Positions 1 through 11,800 of a stretch of 64,000 nucleotides of DNA are shown in pieces. Source of the DNA: an uncultured Methanosarcinaceae archaeon (lineage in GTDB: Archaea > Halobacteriota > Methanosarcinia > Methanosarcinales > Methanosarcinaceae); assembly GCA_963733675.1 (NCBI GenBank), contig CAVTET010000004.1, positions 640,001 to 704,000 of the forward strand, in the 5' to 3' direction. The notes below the pieces were generated by a model. That model made no database searches. It was given only the letters and a program-made list of their open reading frames with translations, and was not told the origin of the DNA. The stretch's first letter is position 1. Every line of letters starts with the position of its first letter. A program made the translations under genes and the position numbers.

Positions 1-69
1 GCCACAGCAAGTTATTATGGTTATGAAACATATATTCCAATTACAGTTCATTCGTACAGATGTTAACTA

Positions 70-235
70 ATGGCTAAAAGGTCAGATACAGGACTGAAAT
101 CTTCTGCAGGACTCATGCGGTACTATGAAATAGATAAAAATGCAGTTCACATTCAGCAAAAAAGTGCTGATTGTCTGCATCATTACAGACAAAGTAATAT
201 TATTCTTAAATGTTGCGAATGGTTTCTGGCCACGA
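70..235 (+). pseudogene. Preprotein translocase subunit Sec61-beta (archaeal SecG), frameshifted
   Basis: N-terminus MAKRSDTGLKSSAGLMRYYE matches the archaeal Sec61-beta SAGLMRY motif. The TM segment VLIVCII..VILFLNVANGFWP continues in another frame after the A-run at ~158-163. Confidence 0.75.
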
Positions 236-260
236 TTACAATTTCCTGGGCAGGGTTCAC

Positions 261-1241
261 TTGAGCAAGCATAATTCTGGAAAAAAAGAAAGTAAAAAAG
301 GTGCTTTTTCAAGAATCAAAGCTATTAAACCCAGATTTTTTTACCTGGGTTTTCTTCTAATATTTGTGGGCATTTTCGGAGTTCTGTACAATCCTGCCAA
401 TTATTTCCAACGCGCATCTACCTGGAGTATTTCGGAAGCCGGTACTCTATCTTTTACTAAAAGGGAAGAGCCTTTATTTACAGCTCATGAAATAAAGGAT
501 ATATACTTTCCTGAAAACTCAGATACTTTGAAACTTCTGTCTTTTGGAAGTCAAGGGGATAAAATTCAGGCTCTTTTAAGGATTCCTGCAAAATCTAACT
601 CTTCTTTGGGTTTTCCTGGAATAATTCTTCTCCCTGGAGCAACAGTTAGAAAAGAATCTGAACAGGGATTGGCTGTGGAACTCGCAAAAATGGGATATGC
701 AACTCTTGCTATTGACCAACGCAATCTCGGTAGCGTAAGTGTGGAAAAGGATCTAGAACTTTTTAGAAGTGGCCTCGAACCTTTCGAATATACCATGGTT
801 TATGACGCACTTAAAGCCGCAGATGTGCTTGCAGTCCAGCCGGAAATTGATCCAAAAAGACTTGCAATTTTAGGAGAGAGTAATGGCGGAAGATTTGCAA
901 TGATTGCCTGTGCCCTTGATCCTTCCCTTAAAGGGGTCATCGGAATCAGTACTGCAGGATATGGCACTGAAGATATTGATCCCTCCTTCGTTGCCGACAA
1001 TGAGACTTACCGTTTTTATCGTTCGATTGATCCAGATACCTATCTTCCTACCCTGTCGCCTGTGAAATTCGTGCTGATTCACTCGTTTAATGATACTGTA
1101 ATTCCCTATGAGGCAGCACTAAAGACTTTTGCCCTTGCTAAAGAGCCAAAAGTAATGTATATTGTTAGCGATGCGACACATGGATATACATCTTCAATGC
1201 ACCCTTATCTTGAAAAAGAACTTGCTCTGATCCTAAAGTAA
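261..1241 (+). CDS. Membrane-anchored alpha/beta hydrolase
   Basis: N-terminal TM helix, GESNGG nucleophile elbow, HSFNDTVIP and C-terminal HG. TTG start at 261 preferred because the ORF start at 210 overlaps the Sec61-beta remnant. Confidence 0.8.
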   Translation: MSKHNSGKKESKKGAFSRIKAIKPRFFYLGFLLIFVGIFGVLYNPANYFQRASTWSISEAGTLSFTKREEPLFTAHEIKDIYFPENSDTLKLLSFGSQGDKIQALLRIPAKSNSSLGFPGIILLPGATVRKESEQGLAVELAKMGYATLAIDQRNLGSVSVEKDLELFRSGLEPFEYTMVYDALKAADVLAVQPEIDPKRLAILGESNGGRFAMIACALDPSLKGVIGISTAGYGTEDIDPSFVADNETYRFYRSIDPDTYLPTLSPVKFVLIHSFNDTVIPYEAALKTFALAKEPKVMYIVSDATHGYTSSMHPYLEKELALILK

Positions 1242-1619
1242 ATATTAGACAGGCATTTGAGTTGACCGGATTTATTGAAACGAAAATTGTTAGTATATGA
1301 AATATATTCAACCGCTCTCAAATTTTTGGGAATTTCGTGTAATAGATGAACGAGTAGCTTACGAGCTGATTGAGCACTTTTGAGGTGAAGATAGCTCTAC
1401 AAGTTATTTGCGATGGATATATGGTTTCAATTTCTGAAATCAGTTGAATCAACCATAAATTTTCCATTACTCTTGGAGCCACACGAAATTTGGCTTATTC
1501 TTAATTCTCTAGTTAAGTTTAAATTGCTTCTAGGTTTCCTCTCAAACATGAAAGTAAGTTGCAGTACTCTCAATGAGTTAGATGATATGAGTAAAACTTG
1601 GCATAACCACAAAGTATAT

Positions 1620-1640
1620 AATTAGGGCAATACTAACTAA
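1620..1640 (+). promoter_or_regulatory. Candidate MarR operator, copy 1, just after a TATA-like AAGTATATA
   Basis: AATTAGGGCAATACTAACTAA, 16/21 identical to 2096-2116. Confidence 0.45.
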
Positions 1641-1655
1641 AGAGACGAGGGGAAT

Positions 1656-2075
1656 ATGATTTCAAAGAAAGAGCATTTGTTTACAGTTTTTTATAACCTG
1701 ATAAAAATTAAAGGTGAGTGCTCTTGTGAGATCTTATCTGAATGTGGGTTATCGGAAATTACTGTGAAGCAGATCGGATATCTAAGAGCCATTGATGGAA
1801 ATGGGCAAGTGACATTTAGCAAACTTGCTAAAATCACCAAGAACTCAAAACCCACCATCACGGAGATGATAAATAAATTTGTTAAGTTTGAGTGTGTGTA
1901 TAGAGAAAAATGTCCAGATGATGGCAGAGTAATTTATATTCGCCTAACCGAAAAAGGACAGATGATAGCCCGTTCTGAAGAGAATTCTTTGATGAAGGTT
2001 ATTGAAAAGATGGTAGATTTATTGAATGAAAACGAAATAGGCACTCTCATCGAAATTCTGGAGAAATTAAGGTGA
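1656..2075 (+). CDS. MarR-family transcriptional regulator
   Basis: 139 aa winged HTH with YREKCPDDGRVIYIRLTEKG wing motif. Confidence 0.9.
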   Translation: MISKKEHLFTVFYNLIKIKGECSCEILSECGLSEITVKQIGYLRAIDGNGQVTFSKLAKITKNSKPTITEMINKFVKFECVYREKCPDDGRVIYIRLTEKGQMIARSEENSLMKVIEKMVDLLNENEIGTLIEILEKLR

Positions 2076-2095
2076 CTTTTTTTGGTTAATCCTGT

Positions 2096-2116
2096 AATTA
2101 GGTTAACCTTAACTAA
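2096..2116 (+). promoter_or_regulatory. Candidate MarR operator, copy 2, upstream of lon
   Basis: AATTAGGTTAACCTTAACTAA, imperfect palindrome shared with 1620-1640. Confidence 0.45.
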
Positions 2117-2147
2117 GTAAATAAAATTATAATTGGAATGACTGATA

Positions 2148-4541
2148 ATGAATTCAAGACAAACCGACAATATCAGAGAAAGCATTGTAATACCACTTTT
2201 TGAAATAGTTGTTTATCCGAAAAGCCGAACAAAATTCCTGGCTGACAAAATTATCGGGGAAATGTTATTAAATGAGATGAAAAATATCGAATCTTTATAT
2301 GCCATCGGGCTGACAGTAAAGAGTGAAATGAAACCTTCAGACTTATCTGGAGATTGTTTCTATAAAATAGGAAATTTGTTAAAAATTACGTCTGTGCAAC
2401 CTTCTGATAGCGGGCATCTAATTTCTGTAGAATCTGTACAAAGAGTAGAAGCCATATCCCTACACCAGGAAAATGGACAGTTCTATGCTGAATGCAAGCC
2501 AATTTCTGATATTCTGGATCTTGATGACGAAATGCAAGCAGAAATGATAGCAGACGTAAAAAAGATAATTCTTGAGATAAGCAGCCGTTTTCAAGGTTCA
2601 GAACAATTTACTAGGCCAATCGATAAGATGAATTCCATTGGCCAAATTATGGGATATATTATGCCATATATGCCGATAAAACTCTCCGAAAAGCAGGATC
2701 TTCTGGAGATCGTTTCTGTTCGTGAAAGAGATCTTGCATTTCTTTATATTCTGGCGAAACAGAAAGAAAATATCAATCTGCAGATTGAAGTGGCAAAAAA
2801 AGTTTCCGAAAAAATAAACAAGTCACATAGAGAAGCAATGTTGCGAGAACAACTGAAAGTAATTCAAGAAGAGCTTAACGAAGGTGACTGTTCTACTTCA
2901 TGCAACGGAGGATATCGGGAGAGAATTGAGAACTCGAAGATGCCTGAAGATTTGAGGAAAAAGGCATTATCAGAGGCGAAGAAACTTGAAATCGGAGGAA
3001 GCCATAATCCTGAAAGCCTTGTTATCAGAAATTATCTTGATCTCTTGCTTGATCTTCCCTGGGTAACGGAAGAGAAAAAGAGCATAGATATTGCTGAAGC
3101 CCGCCGTGTGCTTGAGAACAATCATAAAGGACTTGAAAAGGTAAAAGAGAGAATAATCCAACATCTGGCAGTAATGAAATTAAAGAAAGAAAAACAAGGC
3201 TCAATTCTGCTTTTAACAGGACCTCCAGGCACTGGCAAAACGAGCCTTGGAAGAAGTATCTCAGATGCTCTTGGCAGAAAATATGTTCGAGTTAGCCTTG
3301 GAGGTATCAAAGATGAAGCAGAGATCAGAGGGCACAGGCGAACATATATAGGAGCTCTGCCAGGAAGAATTATTCAAGGCATGAAAAAAGCAGGTACAAA
3401 AAATCCTGTATTTGTCCTCGATGAAATCGATAAGCTCTCATTCTCCTATGGAGGAGACCCTGCAAGTGCCCTTCTTGAAGTTCTTGATCCCGAACAGAAC
3501 AACACATTCGCAGACCATTATCTTGAAGTCCCATATGATCTGTCTGATGTGTTGTTCATCGCCACTGCTAATTCCCTGTCAAATGTCCCCTTGCCACTCC
3601 TTGACAGAATGGAGATGATCGAGATATCAGGCTACACTAAAAAAGAGAAGCTTGCAATTGCAATAGATCATCTTCTGCCCGATATACTGGAAGAACATGG
3701 CCTTGATGCAGATAAACTTCGGATTGAAGATGATGCCTTAATGGTAATCATCGAAAAATATACCCGTGAAGCAGGAGTAAGGGGGCTTAAAAAACAGCTT
3801 GCAAGAACCGCAAGGTTTGTATCCGAGAAAATTGTGTCAGGGAGTGCATATATCCCCTACGTAGTGAAAAAAGATATGCTCACAGGGATCCTTGGAAAAG
3901 AGTTGATCCGCCAAGAAGAGGTCAGAAAAGAGAATTTACCGGGAGTAGTCACAGGACTTGCATGGACGCCTGTTGGGGGGGATATACTCTTCATAGAAGG
4001 TACACTTATGCCTGGAAGCGGGAAGCTTACACTCACAGGCCAACTTGGTGACGTGATGAAGGAATCTGCAAAAATAGCATTGAGCCTTGTCAGATCACGG
4101 CTTGCAGATACTGCAAATAGCTTTAACTTCACTTCAAGCGATATCCACATTCATGTACCTTCAGGTGCAACACCAAAGGATGGTCCATCAGCAGGTGTGA
4201 CACTCTTTGCTACCCTGACATCTTTAATTACTGGAAAAGCAGTTGATCCAAAAATTGCCATGACAGGCGAGATAACTCTTAGCGGTACAATATTGCCTGT
4301 GGGTGGGATAAAAGAGAAGATTTTGGCAGCACACCGAGCAGGTATAAAAAAAGTAATTCTACCAAAAGAAAACGAAAGTGACCTGGATGATGTACCAGAG
4401 GATGTAAGAAGTGAACTTAACTTTGTAACTGTAGAGACTATTGAGGAGGTCTTAAAAGAAGCATTAGATATTAATCTTTTCAGGTCTGTTTTATCATATA
4501 CAGGGAATAATTTTGCACATATGAACAATATTAAAATATAA
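2148..4541 (+). CDS. lon: ATP-dependent Lon protease, bacterial LonA type
   Basis: N-terminal LON domain, Walker A GPPGTGKT, RRTYIGALPG, Walker B VFVLDEIDK, catalytic PKDGPSAG and GGIKEK. Confidence 0.97.
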   Translation: MNSRQTDNIRESIVIPLFEIVVYPKSRTKFLADKIIGEMLLNEMKNIESLYAIGLTVKSEMKPSDLSGDCFYKIGNLLKITSVQPSDSGHLISVESVQRVEAISLHQENGQFYAECKPISDILDLDDEMQAEMIADVKKIILEISSRFQGSEQFTRPIDKMNSIGQIMGYIMPYMPIKLSEKQDLLEIVSVRERDLAFLYILAKQKENINLQIEVAKKVSEKINKSHREAMLREQLKVIQEELNEGDCSTSCNGGYRERIENSKMPEDLRKKALSEAKKLEIGGSHNPESLVIRNYLDLLLDLPWVTEEKKSIDIAEARRVLENNHKGLEKVKERIIQHLAVMKLKKEKQGSILLLTGPPGTGKTSLGRSISDALGRKYVRVSLGGIKDEAEIRGHRRTYIGALPGRIIQGMKKAGTKNPVFVLDEIDKLSFSYGGDPASALLEVLDPEQNNTFADHYLEVPYDLSDVLFIATANSLSNVPLPLLDRMEMIEISGYTKKEKLAIAIDHLLPDILEEHGLDADKLRIEDDALMVIIEKYTREAGVRGLKKQLARTARFVSEKIVSGSAYIPYVVKKDMLTGILGKELIRQEEVRKENLPGVVTGLAWTPVGGDILFIEGTLMPGSGKLTLTGQLGDVMKESAKIALSLVRSRLADTANSFNFTSSDIHIHVPSGATPKDGPSAGVTLFATLTSLITGKAVDPKIAMTGEITLSGTILPVGGIKEKILAAHRAGIKKVILPKENESDLDDVPEDVRSELNFVTVETIEEVLKEALDINLFRSVLSYTGNNFAHMNNIKI

Positions 4542-4844
4542 ATATTTAATTTCTTTCGTTTATAATCACATACCCATGAATCATTGCCGCATGTATGAAG
4601 CATACAAAACTTTCATTTGATGCCGAAGTCTTTTCATATGAAATCAAATAATTAATCTGTAATCTAGTTTAACACTTTCATCACATAGAGTATAATATTG
4701 AACTTGAATTTGATTTTCTACATAACTTCTTTCAAAGATTGTGTATATCACAACTATATTTAGGAAACGACTTCAATTACCCATTAAACTAATCGCGATA
4801 GAACTTTATACTCCCCTTTCTCACTATGCTATATCAGATTTTAC

Positions 4845-5698
4845 GGTTCCGTTGCAAAAAATTCAAAAAAATATGTAAATCTATAAGTAATGAATAAAAA
4901 TCAAAATATCCAAGGAAAATGCACTAACATTATAAAACTATACCAAACAATTGATTAATGTATTTGACTTCATTAAGAACAGAGTAATTTAGATCATTTA
5001 CTTGTCCTTTTTTGATCATATTCATAGCTCCAATTCCTTTTAAAGTCTTATTAGCAGATTGAAAAGACTGAAATCCTAACATTGGATTAACGATTCTCTT
5101 TATAGATCTGTGATCTTGTTCTATAATGTTATTCAAATACTTGATTTGTCGAATGCCTACGTTTTTAGGTAGTATTTTATCATTTTTCAGTTTACCTATA
5201 GCAGGTGGATAAGCTGGATTCTTATCAACTGTTATTACTCTTGGAATTTGATTATGATTAGAACTCAAAGCTTTCTTAAAAAATATCTTCGCTGCATTTC
5301 GATTTCGTTTTGCACTTAACATGAAATCAATTGTATCTCCATTTGAGTCAACTGCTCGGTAAAGATATTTCCATTTACCTTTTATTTTGATACAGGTTTC
5401 ATCAACTTTCCACGAATCATTGTTGATCTTAAATGTCTTCTGATCTTCTTTTCTATTTCAGGGGAATATTGATATACCCATCTCACGATTGTTGTATGGT
5501 CGACTTTTGCTCCCCTTTCTATCATCATTTCCTTTAAATTTCTATAACTTAATGGATATTTTAAGTACCATCTTACATTTAATAGGATAATTTCTCCTTC
5601 ATAATGCTTCCATTTAAAGGAATTAGATAGCATATTACTATCTTTGATTTTCTTTTTATTTTATTGTATCATTAGAAAGGATTTTTTGCAACGGAACC
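4845..5698 (-). mobile_element. IS6-family insertion sequence, copy 1; transposase frameshifted near 5420
   Basis: Terminal IRs GGTTCCGTTGCAAAA / TTTTGCAACGGAACC; ORF pieces 5382-5633 and 4930-5322 with YLNNIIEQDHR motif. Confidence 0.95.
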
Positions 5699-6123
5699 CT
5701 TATTATTTTGTTCTCCCGATCAATATTTGAATATTGATCCCTTGATTATGCATAGTTTATGCTAAAAAACCTATGCTTAAGTACAAATAATAAATCTGTT
5801 TTTTGCATGAAAAAATGTCTAGTTAATTATATTTTACAGAATTTTGATACAAAAACTCGCAAAATTCTAGATTCAGTAGATAGTTGTTAAATTTAAGAGC
5901 GAAAATGATTTAAAATTTTAATAACTAAGACCAACAATAGATGTTTTTTTCAAATTTCAAACAAATTAATATTTTGGAAAACTGTTTGAATAGGGCAATT
6001 TATCGTGATTTCTCACTTAGCCAAAAACAAATTAAATTTCTTAATAGAACAAAATCAAAATTTGTATTGATATTTGTTTATTGGCGTAATTTTATGTTGA
6101 TGTAATTATATGGAGCATAACTT

Positions 6124-6843
6124 ATGGGGTATCTTATACTTGTTAGGCATGGAGCACCATGTTGTAAGCCTGAAGATATGTTTGTTGGCTGGATTGATAT
6201 TCCTCTTAGTAGGGAAGGGATTGAAGAAGCTCTTGATTGCGCAGTTAAACTTGAAAATATTGAATTGGATCTTGCTTTTGCCTCAAACCTTGTCCGGACA
6301 CAGGAAACTCTTTTTATCATACTGTCTGGGCAGAAAAAAACAGGGATTCATATCCATGAAAAGGCAGTTGATAAAAGCAAGATAGATAAAATTAAATGGT
6401 ATTCATACTCGAAAAAACTTAATAATAATCTACTCCCAGTATTCTGTACAGCTGCTTTAAACGAACGTTATTATGGTAAGCTTCAGGGCGAGAAAAAACG
6501 AAAGATGGAAGAAAAATATGGAGCAGAAATGATTGCTTTCTGGAGCTGGAATTTTGAAGCAGGTCCGCCTGATGGAGAAAGCCTCAAAGTTGTCTATGAG
6601 CGTGCTGTGTCATATTTCGTGCAAAAAGTTATGCCTGCAGTAAAAGATGGGAAAAATGTGATAGTCTGCGCCCATCAGGGTAGTTTGCGAGCTCTAGTCA
6701 AATATATAGAGAATATTCCTGACAAAGATATAATGGACGTCAACTTCTCCACAGGTGAACTAGTAAGATATCATTTATCAGAAGGCAGGCTGGTAAAGGA
6801 AAACCCTGCTCAACTAGAACCTTCAACACTTGATGCGACCTGA
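6124..6843 (+). CDS. gpmA: 2,3-bisphosphoglycerate-dependent phosphoglycerate mutase-like histidine phosphatase
   Basis: LVRHG, FVGWIDIPLS, LNERYYGKLQG, PPDGESL, AHQGSLRAL; segment after RHG is divergent. Confidence 0.75.
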   Translation: MGYLILVRHGAPCCKPEDMFVGWIDIPLSREGIEEALDCAVKLENIELDLAFASNLVRTQETLFIILSGQKKTGIHIHEKAVDKSKIDKIKWYSYSKKLNNNLLPVFCTAALNERYYGKLQGEKKRKMEEKYGAEMIAFWSWNFEAGPPDGESLKVVYERAVSYFVQKVMPAVKDGKNVIVCAHQGSLRALVKYIENIPDKDIMDVNFSTGELVRYHLSEGRLVKENPAQLEPSTLDAT

Positions 6844-6908
6844 GTAAACTACCTTTTAAACCTTCCAAAATTTCCGAAGTCTTCTTTGATCACTTCAGAC
6901 AATTCGCC
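6807..6908 (-). pseudogene. sod: Fragment of Fe/Mn superoxide dismutase gene
   Basis: Minus frame reads GELSEVIKEDFGNFGRFKR*FTQVASSVEGSS*A, matching the SOD segment GEL..AI..DFGSFE.FK.EF..AA....GSGWA. Confidence 0.7.
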
Positions 6909-7132
6909 GACTGTATATATAAGTCCTCAGCTCATTACAAATCAATGAAGACTCTTAACTTTATTAACTTGACATCTTTGAATTAATTCATTCTTGCAGA
7001 TGTTGCAATTTATTTCAGAAATATTTATTTTAAGTCTTTTAAAAACGGTTAATAATATTTGGATAACATAATAGTTGAAATTCTCTGTCTTCGGCATTGT
7101 TTCTTTTAATCCTATTGATTATTACAAACATG

Positions 7133-7989
7133 GGTCCCGTTGCAAAAAAATTCAAAAAAATATGTAAATCTATAAGTAATGAATAAAAATTAAAATATTC
7201 AAGGAAAATGTACCAATATTATAAAACTATATCAAACAATTGATTAATGTATTTGACTTCATTAAAAACAGAGTAATTTAGATCATTTACTTGTCCTTTT
7301 TTAATCATATTCATAGCTTCAATTCCTTTTAAAGTCTTATTAGCAGATCGAAAAGACTGAAATCCTAACATTGGAGCAATTATCCGCTTTATAGATCTAT
7401 GATCTTGTTCAATAATGTTATTCAAATACCTCACTTGTCTAATTTCAACATTTTTAAACAAGTTCTTCTCATTTTTGAGTTCATCTATAGCAGGTGGATA
7501 AGTTGGATTCTTATCAACGGTTATTACTCTTGGAATTTGGTTATGATTAGAACTCAAAGCTTTCTTAAAGAATCACTTTGCTGCTTTTCTGTCTCGTTTT
7601 GAACTTAACATGAATTCAATTGTGTCGCCATCTGAGTCAACTGCTCGGTAAAAATAGTTCCATTTACCTTTTACTTTAATATAGGTTTCATCAACTCTCC
7701 ACGAATCATTTGTTGGTCTTAAATGTCTTTTGATATTCTTTTCTATTTCAGGGGAATATTGATGTACCCATCTCATTAGAGTAGTATGATCAACTTGTAC
7801 TCCTCTTTCTATCATCATTTCCTTTAAATTTCTATAGCTCAATGGATATTTTAGATACCACCTTACGTTTAATAGGACAATTTCGCCTTCGTAATGTTTC
7901 CACTTAAAGGAATTAGATAGCATATTATCGTTCTATTGATTTTCTCTTTATTCAATTGAATCCTTATTATGAATTTTTGCAACAGAACC
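7133..7989 (-). mobile_element. IS6-family insertion sequence, copy 2; transposase with in-frame TGA at 7573-7575
   Basis: IRs GGTCCCGTTGCAAAA / TTTTGCAACAGAACC; WRVDETYIKVKG DDE motif; AAK*FF versus AAKRFF in the intact copy. Confidence 0.95.
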
Positions 7990-8024
7990 GTAAATATGAC
8001 TCTTCCAAGTTTTCATCCTGTCTT

Positions 8025-8488
8025 TTAATTCGAGTGCTTTGGTGGTAATGTTACAGCTTTAAACCAAAAGTCTTCTATGGATTTAATTACTGTCATAAAT
8101 TCATCAAAGTCGACAGGTTTAACAATATAAGCATTAGCATGAAGATCATAAACTCTAAGTATGTCTTTTTCAGCACTAGAAGTAGTTAGAATGATTACGG
8201 GTATATTTTTAAGATTATTATTCTCTTTTATTTCTTTAAAAACTTCACTTCCATCCATTTTTGGCAAATTCCAATCCAAAAGAATTATATCTGGGAGTGG
8301 AGAACCTAAAACTGATCCTTATCGCATAAAAAATGGATTGCTTCTTCTCCGTCTTCTGCAATATGAATATTAGTTATAACTTTTGCATCACTGAAGAATT
8401 CTGTTATTAATCCAATGTCTCCTTCATTGTCTTCAACTAAAAGAATTTCAAAATGTTTAGTTGACATTTTCATTTTTAAAATCTTCAC
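8025..8488 (-). pseudogene. Single-domain response regulator, frameshifted near 8308
   Basis: ILLVEDNEGD ... PDIILLDWNLPKMDG ... IPVIILTTS ... YIVKP split over two frames. Confidence 0.85.
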
Positions 8489-8818
8489 AAACAGAACTTG
8501 AAGAGTTTATTGAGCAGTCAGTTTGAATTTTTGGATCATTACTTGTTATAGACTTTTTATTTGATATACTTAAATATTCCCATTTTTATTTTCTCAAATT
8601 TATCAAGTAGTTTTTTAATAGCTAGTTGAATATATATAAGAATCCGTTGGACACAATATCTCAAAAAAGTCAAATCAAAATGAAAAGGTTACTAATCAAA
8701 GAATGCGATTAACATTCAGTTTTAAGTTTAGTAATGATACTAAATAATTAAATCATGAATTCACACCTAGAATTCACATACATCTGCAGAATGCGATTTA
8801 AAGCAGAATTGGAGAGTT

Positions 8819-11800
8819 ATGACTATAGAAGAGCTGGGAAATAAGTGCCTGTCTGTGATGGATGAAAACCTTAGACATTCTGGCATCGATATTATTGACG
8901 ATGTCCCATGGGGAACACATTTCTGTCAGTTCTACGAAAACAAGGAAGATTTAATAGAAGTACTTGTTCCTTATTTCAAAACAGGACTGGAAAATAATGA
9001 ATTTTGCATGTGGGTCACATCACAACCTTTGGAAGTAGAAGATGCAAAAGAAGCCCTTAGAAAGACGGTTCCTAATATTGATGTTTATCTAGAGAAGGGA
9101 CAACTTGAAATTATTTTTTACTTTCATTGGTATGTAAAAGACGGTATTTTCGATTCAGATAGAGTATTAAATGGGTGGGTTGAAAAACTCAATAAGGCTC
9201 TGGCTAATGGCTATGATGGCTTAAGGTTAACCGGAAATACTTTTTGGCTGGAAAAAGAAGATTGGAACGATTTTGTTGATTATGAGAAAAATGTGGATAG
9301 TGTCATAGGTAACTACCAAATGATAGCTCTCTGCACTTATAATCTCGATAGGTGCAACGCAACTGAAATCATTGATATAGTCATCAACCACCAATTTGCT
9401 TTGATCAAAAAGAAAGGAAAATGGGAACAGATAGAAAGTTCTAGACTTAAAGAAGTCGAAAAAACAGCCATTTTACAATCTCTGCAGAGGAAAAAGGCGG
9501 AAGATACACTACTTCAGGCTTATGAGAATCTCCAGATGAAATCCAAGGAGTTACAGGCTCAATCCATGGAACTCCTTAAAACTAATGAACAGTTGCTGGA
9601 AAATGAACAACGATATTCTGCACTCTTCAATGCAAAAACCAATGCCATAGCTCATTGCCGAGTGCTTATCGATGAGCATGGGGAACCCGTTGACTATATT
9701 ATTTTGCAAGTGAACGGTGCTTATGAAGAGATTACCGGAATCGAAAAAGCAAATATCGAAGGTAAGACGGCCACAGACGCCTGTTTAGGTATCGAACATC
9801 TTACTTATGACCATATCGGAAATTTTGGTAAAGTAGCGTTGGAAGGCTGTGAACTTAATATTGAAGTATTTCTCGAGACGTGTCAGCGGTGGCTGTCTAT
9901 CTATGTTTACAGCCCTAAGCTTTGTGAGTTAACTGTCATCTTTACCGATGCAACCGATCGAAAGCAGATGGTTGAGGTGTTGCAGGAAAGCGAAGAGCGA
10001 TTCCGTACTATGGCTAATACAATCCCAGAATTGGCTTGGATCGCTTATCCAGATGGCTATATCTACTGGTATAACGAGCATTGGTACTCTTATACTGGCA
10101 CAACTCTGAAGCAAATGGAAGGTTGGGGTTGGCGGAGTGTTCATGATCCCAAAGTGCTGCCAAAAGTACTGGAGCAATGGAAGGCTTCGCTTGCTACGGG
10201 GCAGATGTTTGATATGGAGTTTCCTTTGCGTGGTGCCGATGTTATTTTCCGCCCGTTCCTGACGCGCGTTTTGCCTTTGAAAGATGCTGCAGGAAACATC
10301 CTTCAATGGTTTGGGACAAATACCGATATTACAGAGCAAAAAAGAGCAGATCAAGAACGTGAGATGGCGGTAGAATTCTTACAAATCGTGAACAATAGCA
10401 AGGGGCCAGTAGACCTGGTTCATTCTGCCATTAATTTCTTCCACGAGCGTTCCGGCTTCGAAGCCATAGGTATCCGGCTCAAGGATGGTGATGACTATCC
10501 ATACTTTGAGACAAGCGGGTTCCCCGCAGAATTCGTGAAGTTGGAGAACCGTCTTTGTGTGCGCGATGCTTCAGATCAGCTTATCCGCGATAGCGATGGC
10601 TACCCTATCCATGAGTGCATGTGTGGCAACGTTATCTGTGGAAGGTTTGATCCATCTAAGCCGTTTTTCACGACACGGGGAAGTTTCTGTACCAATAGTA
10701 CCACAGAGCTGCTGGCTACTACTACCGATGCTGATCGTCAAGCTCGCACACGTAATCGATGTAATGGAGAAGGATATGAATCCGTGGCTTTGATAGCTCT
10801 GCGCGTGGGTGAGGTGCGACTGGGTCTTCTCCAGCTAAATGACAGACGTAAAGGGCAATTTACCCCAGAAAAACGATCTTGATGTGGGAACGACTGGCGG
10901 ACTATCTGGCCGTGGCCCTGGCTAAAGTGCAGGCTGAAGAATCTTTGCAGATAGCATATGAAAATCTCCAGATTCAATCCGAAGAATTACAGGCTCAGTC
11001 AGAAGAGATCCAGTCACAAAACAAAGAGTTACAAACTCAGTCAAAGGAACTTCGTGAAACATATGAAACTCTGCAGGAAAGCGATGAACGGTTGCGGCTG
11101 ATTTAGAAATCGTCAGGGATAGGAAGTTGGGAACAGGATCTAGATGGCGGTCCTTCCTTATGGTCGTCCGAACAATACGTTATACTCGGCCTGGATCCAG
11201 CAACTTGCTTTCCGTCCCATGAAGCATGGAAATCCGCGGTTTTTCCTGATGATCTGAAACGAGCTACTGATGCTGTTAGAAAAGCGATCGCCACTAAAGT
11301 ACCTTAGACTTTGATTACCGTGTAGTTCTTCCCGATGGAAGTATACGCTGGATCGCCGCTCGCAGCGGGGTAAGCATCAACTCTATAGGTCGGTCAGTGC
11401 TGCATGGCATTCATTTTGATATTACAAAGCTTAAGCAATATGAACAGCAGTTATGTGACACTAAGGAGCGCCTGGAAGCAATTATGATGGCATCTCCGTG
11501 GGAATCAGTTTTTCAACTGATCAAACCTGTCAATTTATTGTTGGGAATTCTACATTATTAGCTCAGTTCGAGTGTAGTACAGAAGATAATGTCTCAGCAT
11601 CCGCGCCGAATGACGATGCGTTCGGTCGACACGTACGTTTCTTCTTGGATGGTAGGCAGATCAGTGATATAGAGCTTCCTTTGCAGCGAGCCGTCGCTGA
11701 GAATCGTGTAATTCCACCAATGGAGCTAGAAGTACAGCTGCCGAACGGAAGGCGCTGGTTTACAGAAGCTTCTGGGGCACCCATACATGATCCCGGAGGC

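Noticed and set aside
1427-1612. Minus ORF with VDSTD as a DDE transposase remnant
   Set aside because: Only a short motif; no IRs or further support
2148-4541. Bacterial-type LonA in an archaeon as a novelty
   Set aside because: LonA-type proteases are already known in Methanosarcina
11104-11106. In-frame TAG in the kinase (also in bioB at 62462 and in the GAF fragment) as pyrrolysine readthrough
   Set aside because: Each gene also has frameshifts or TAA/TGA stops, so plain nonsense mutation is simpler
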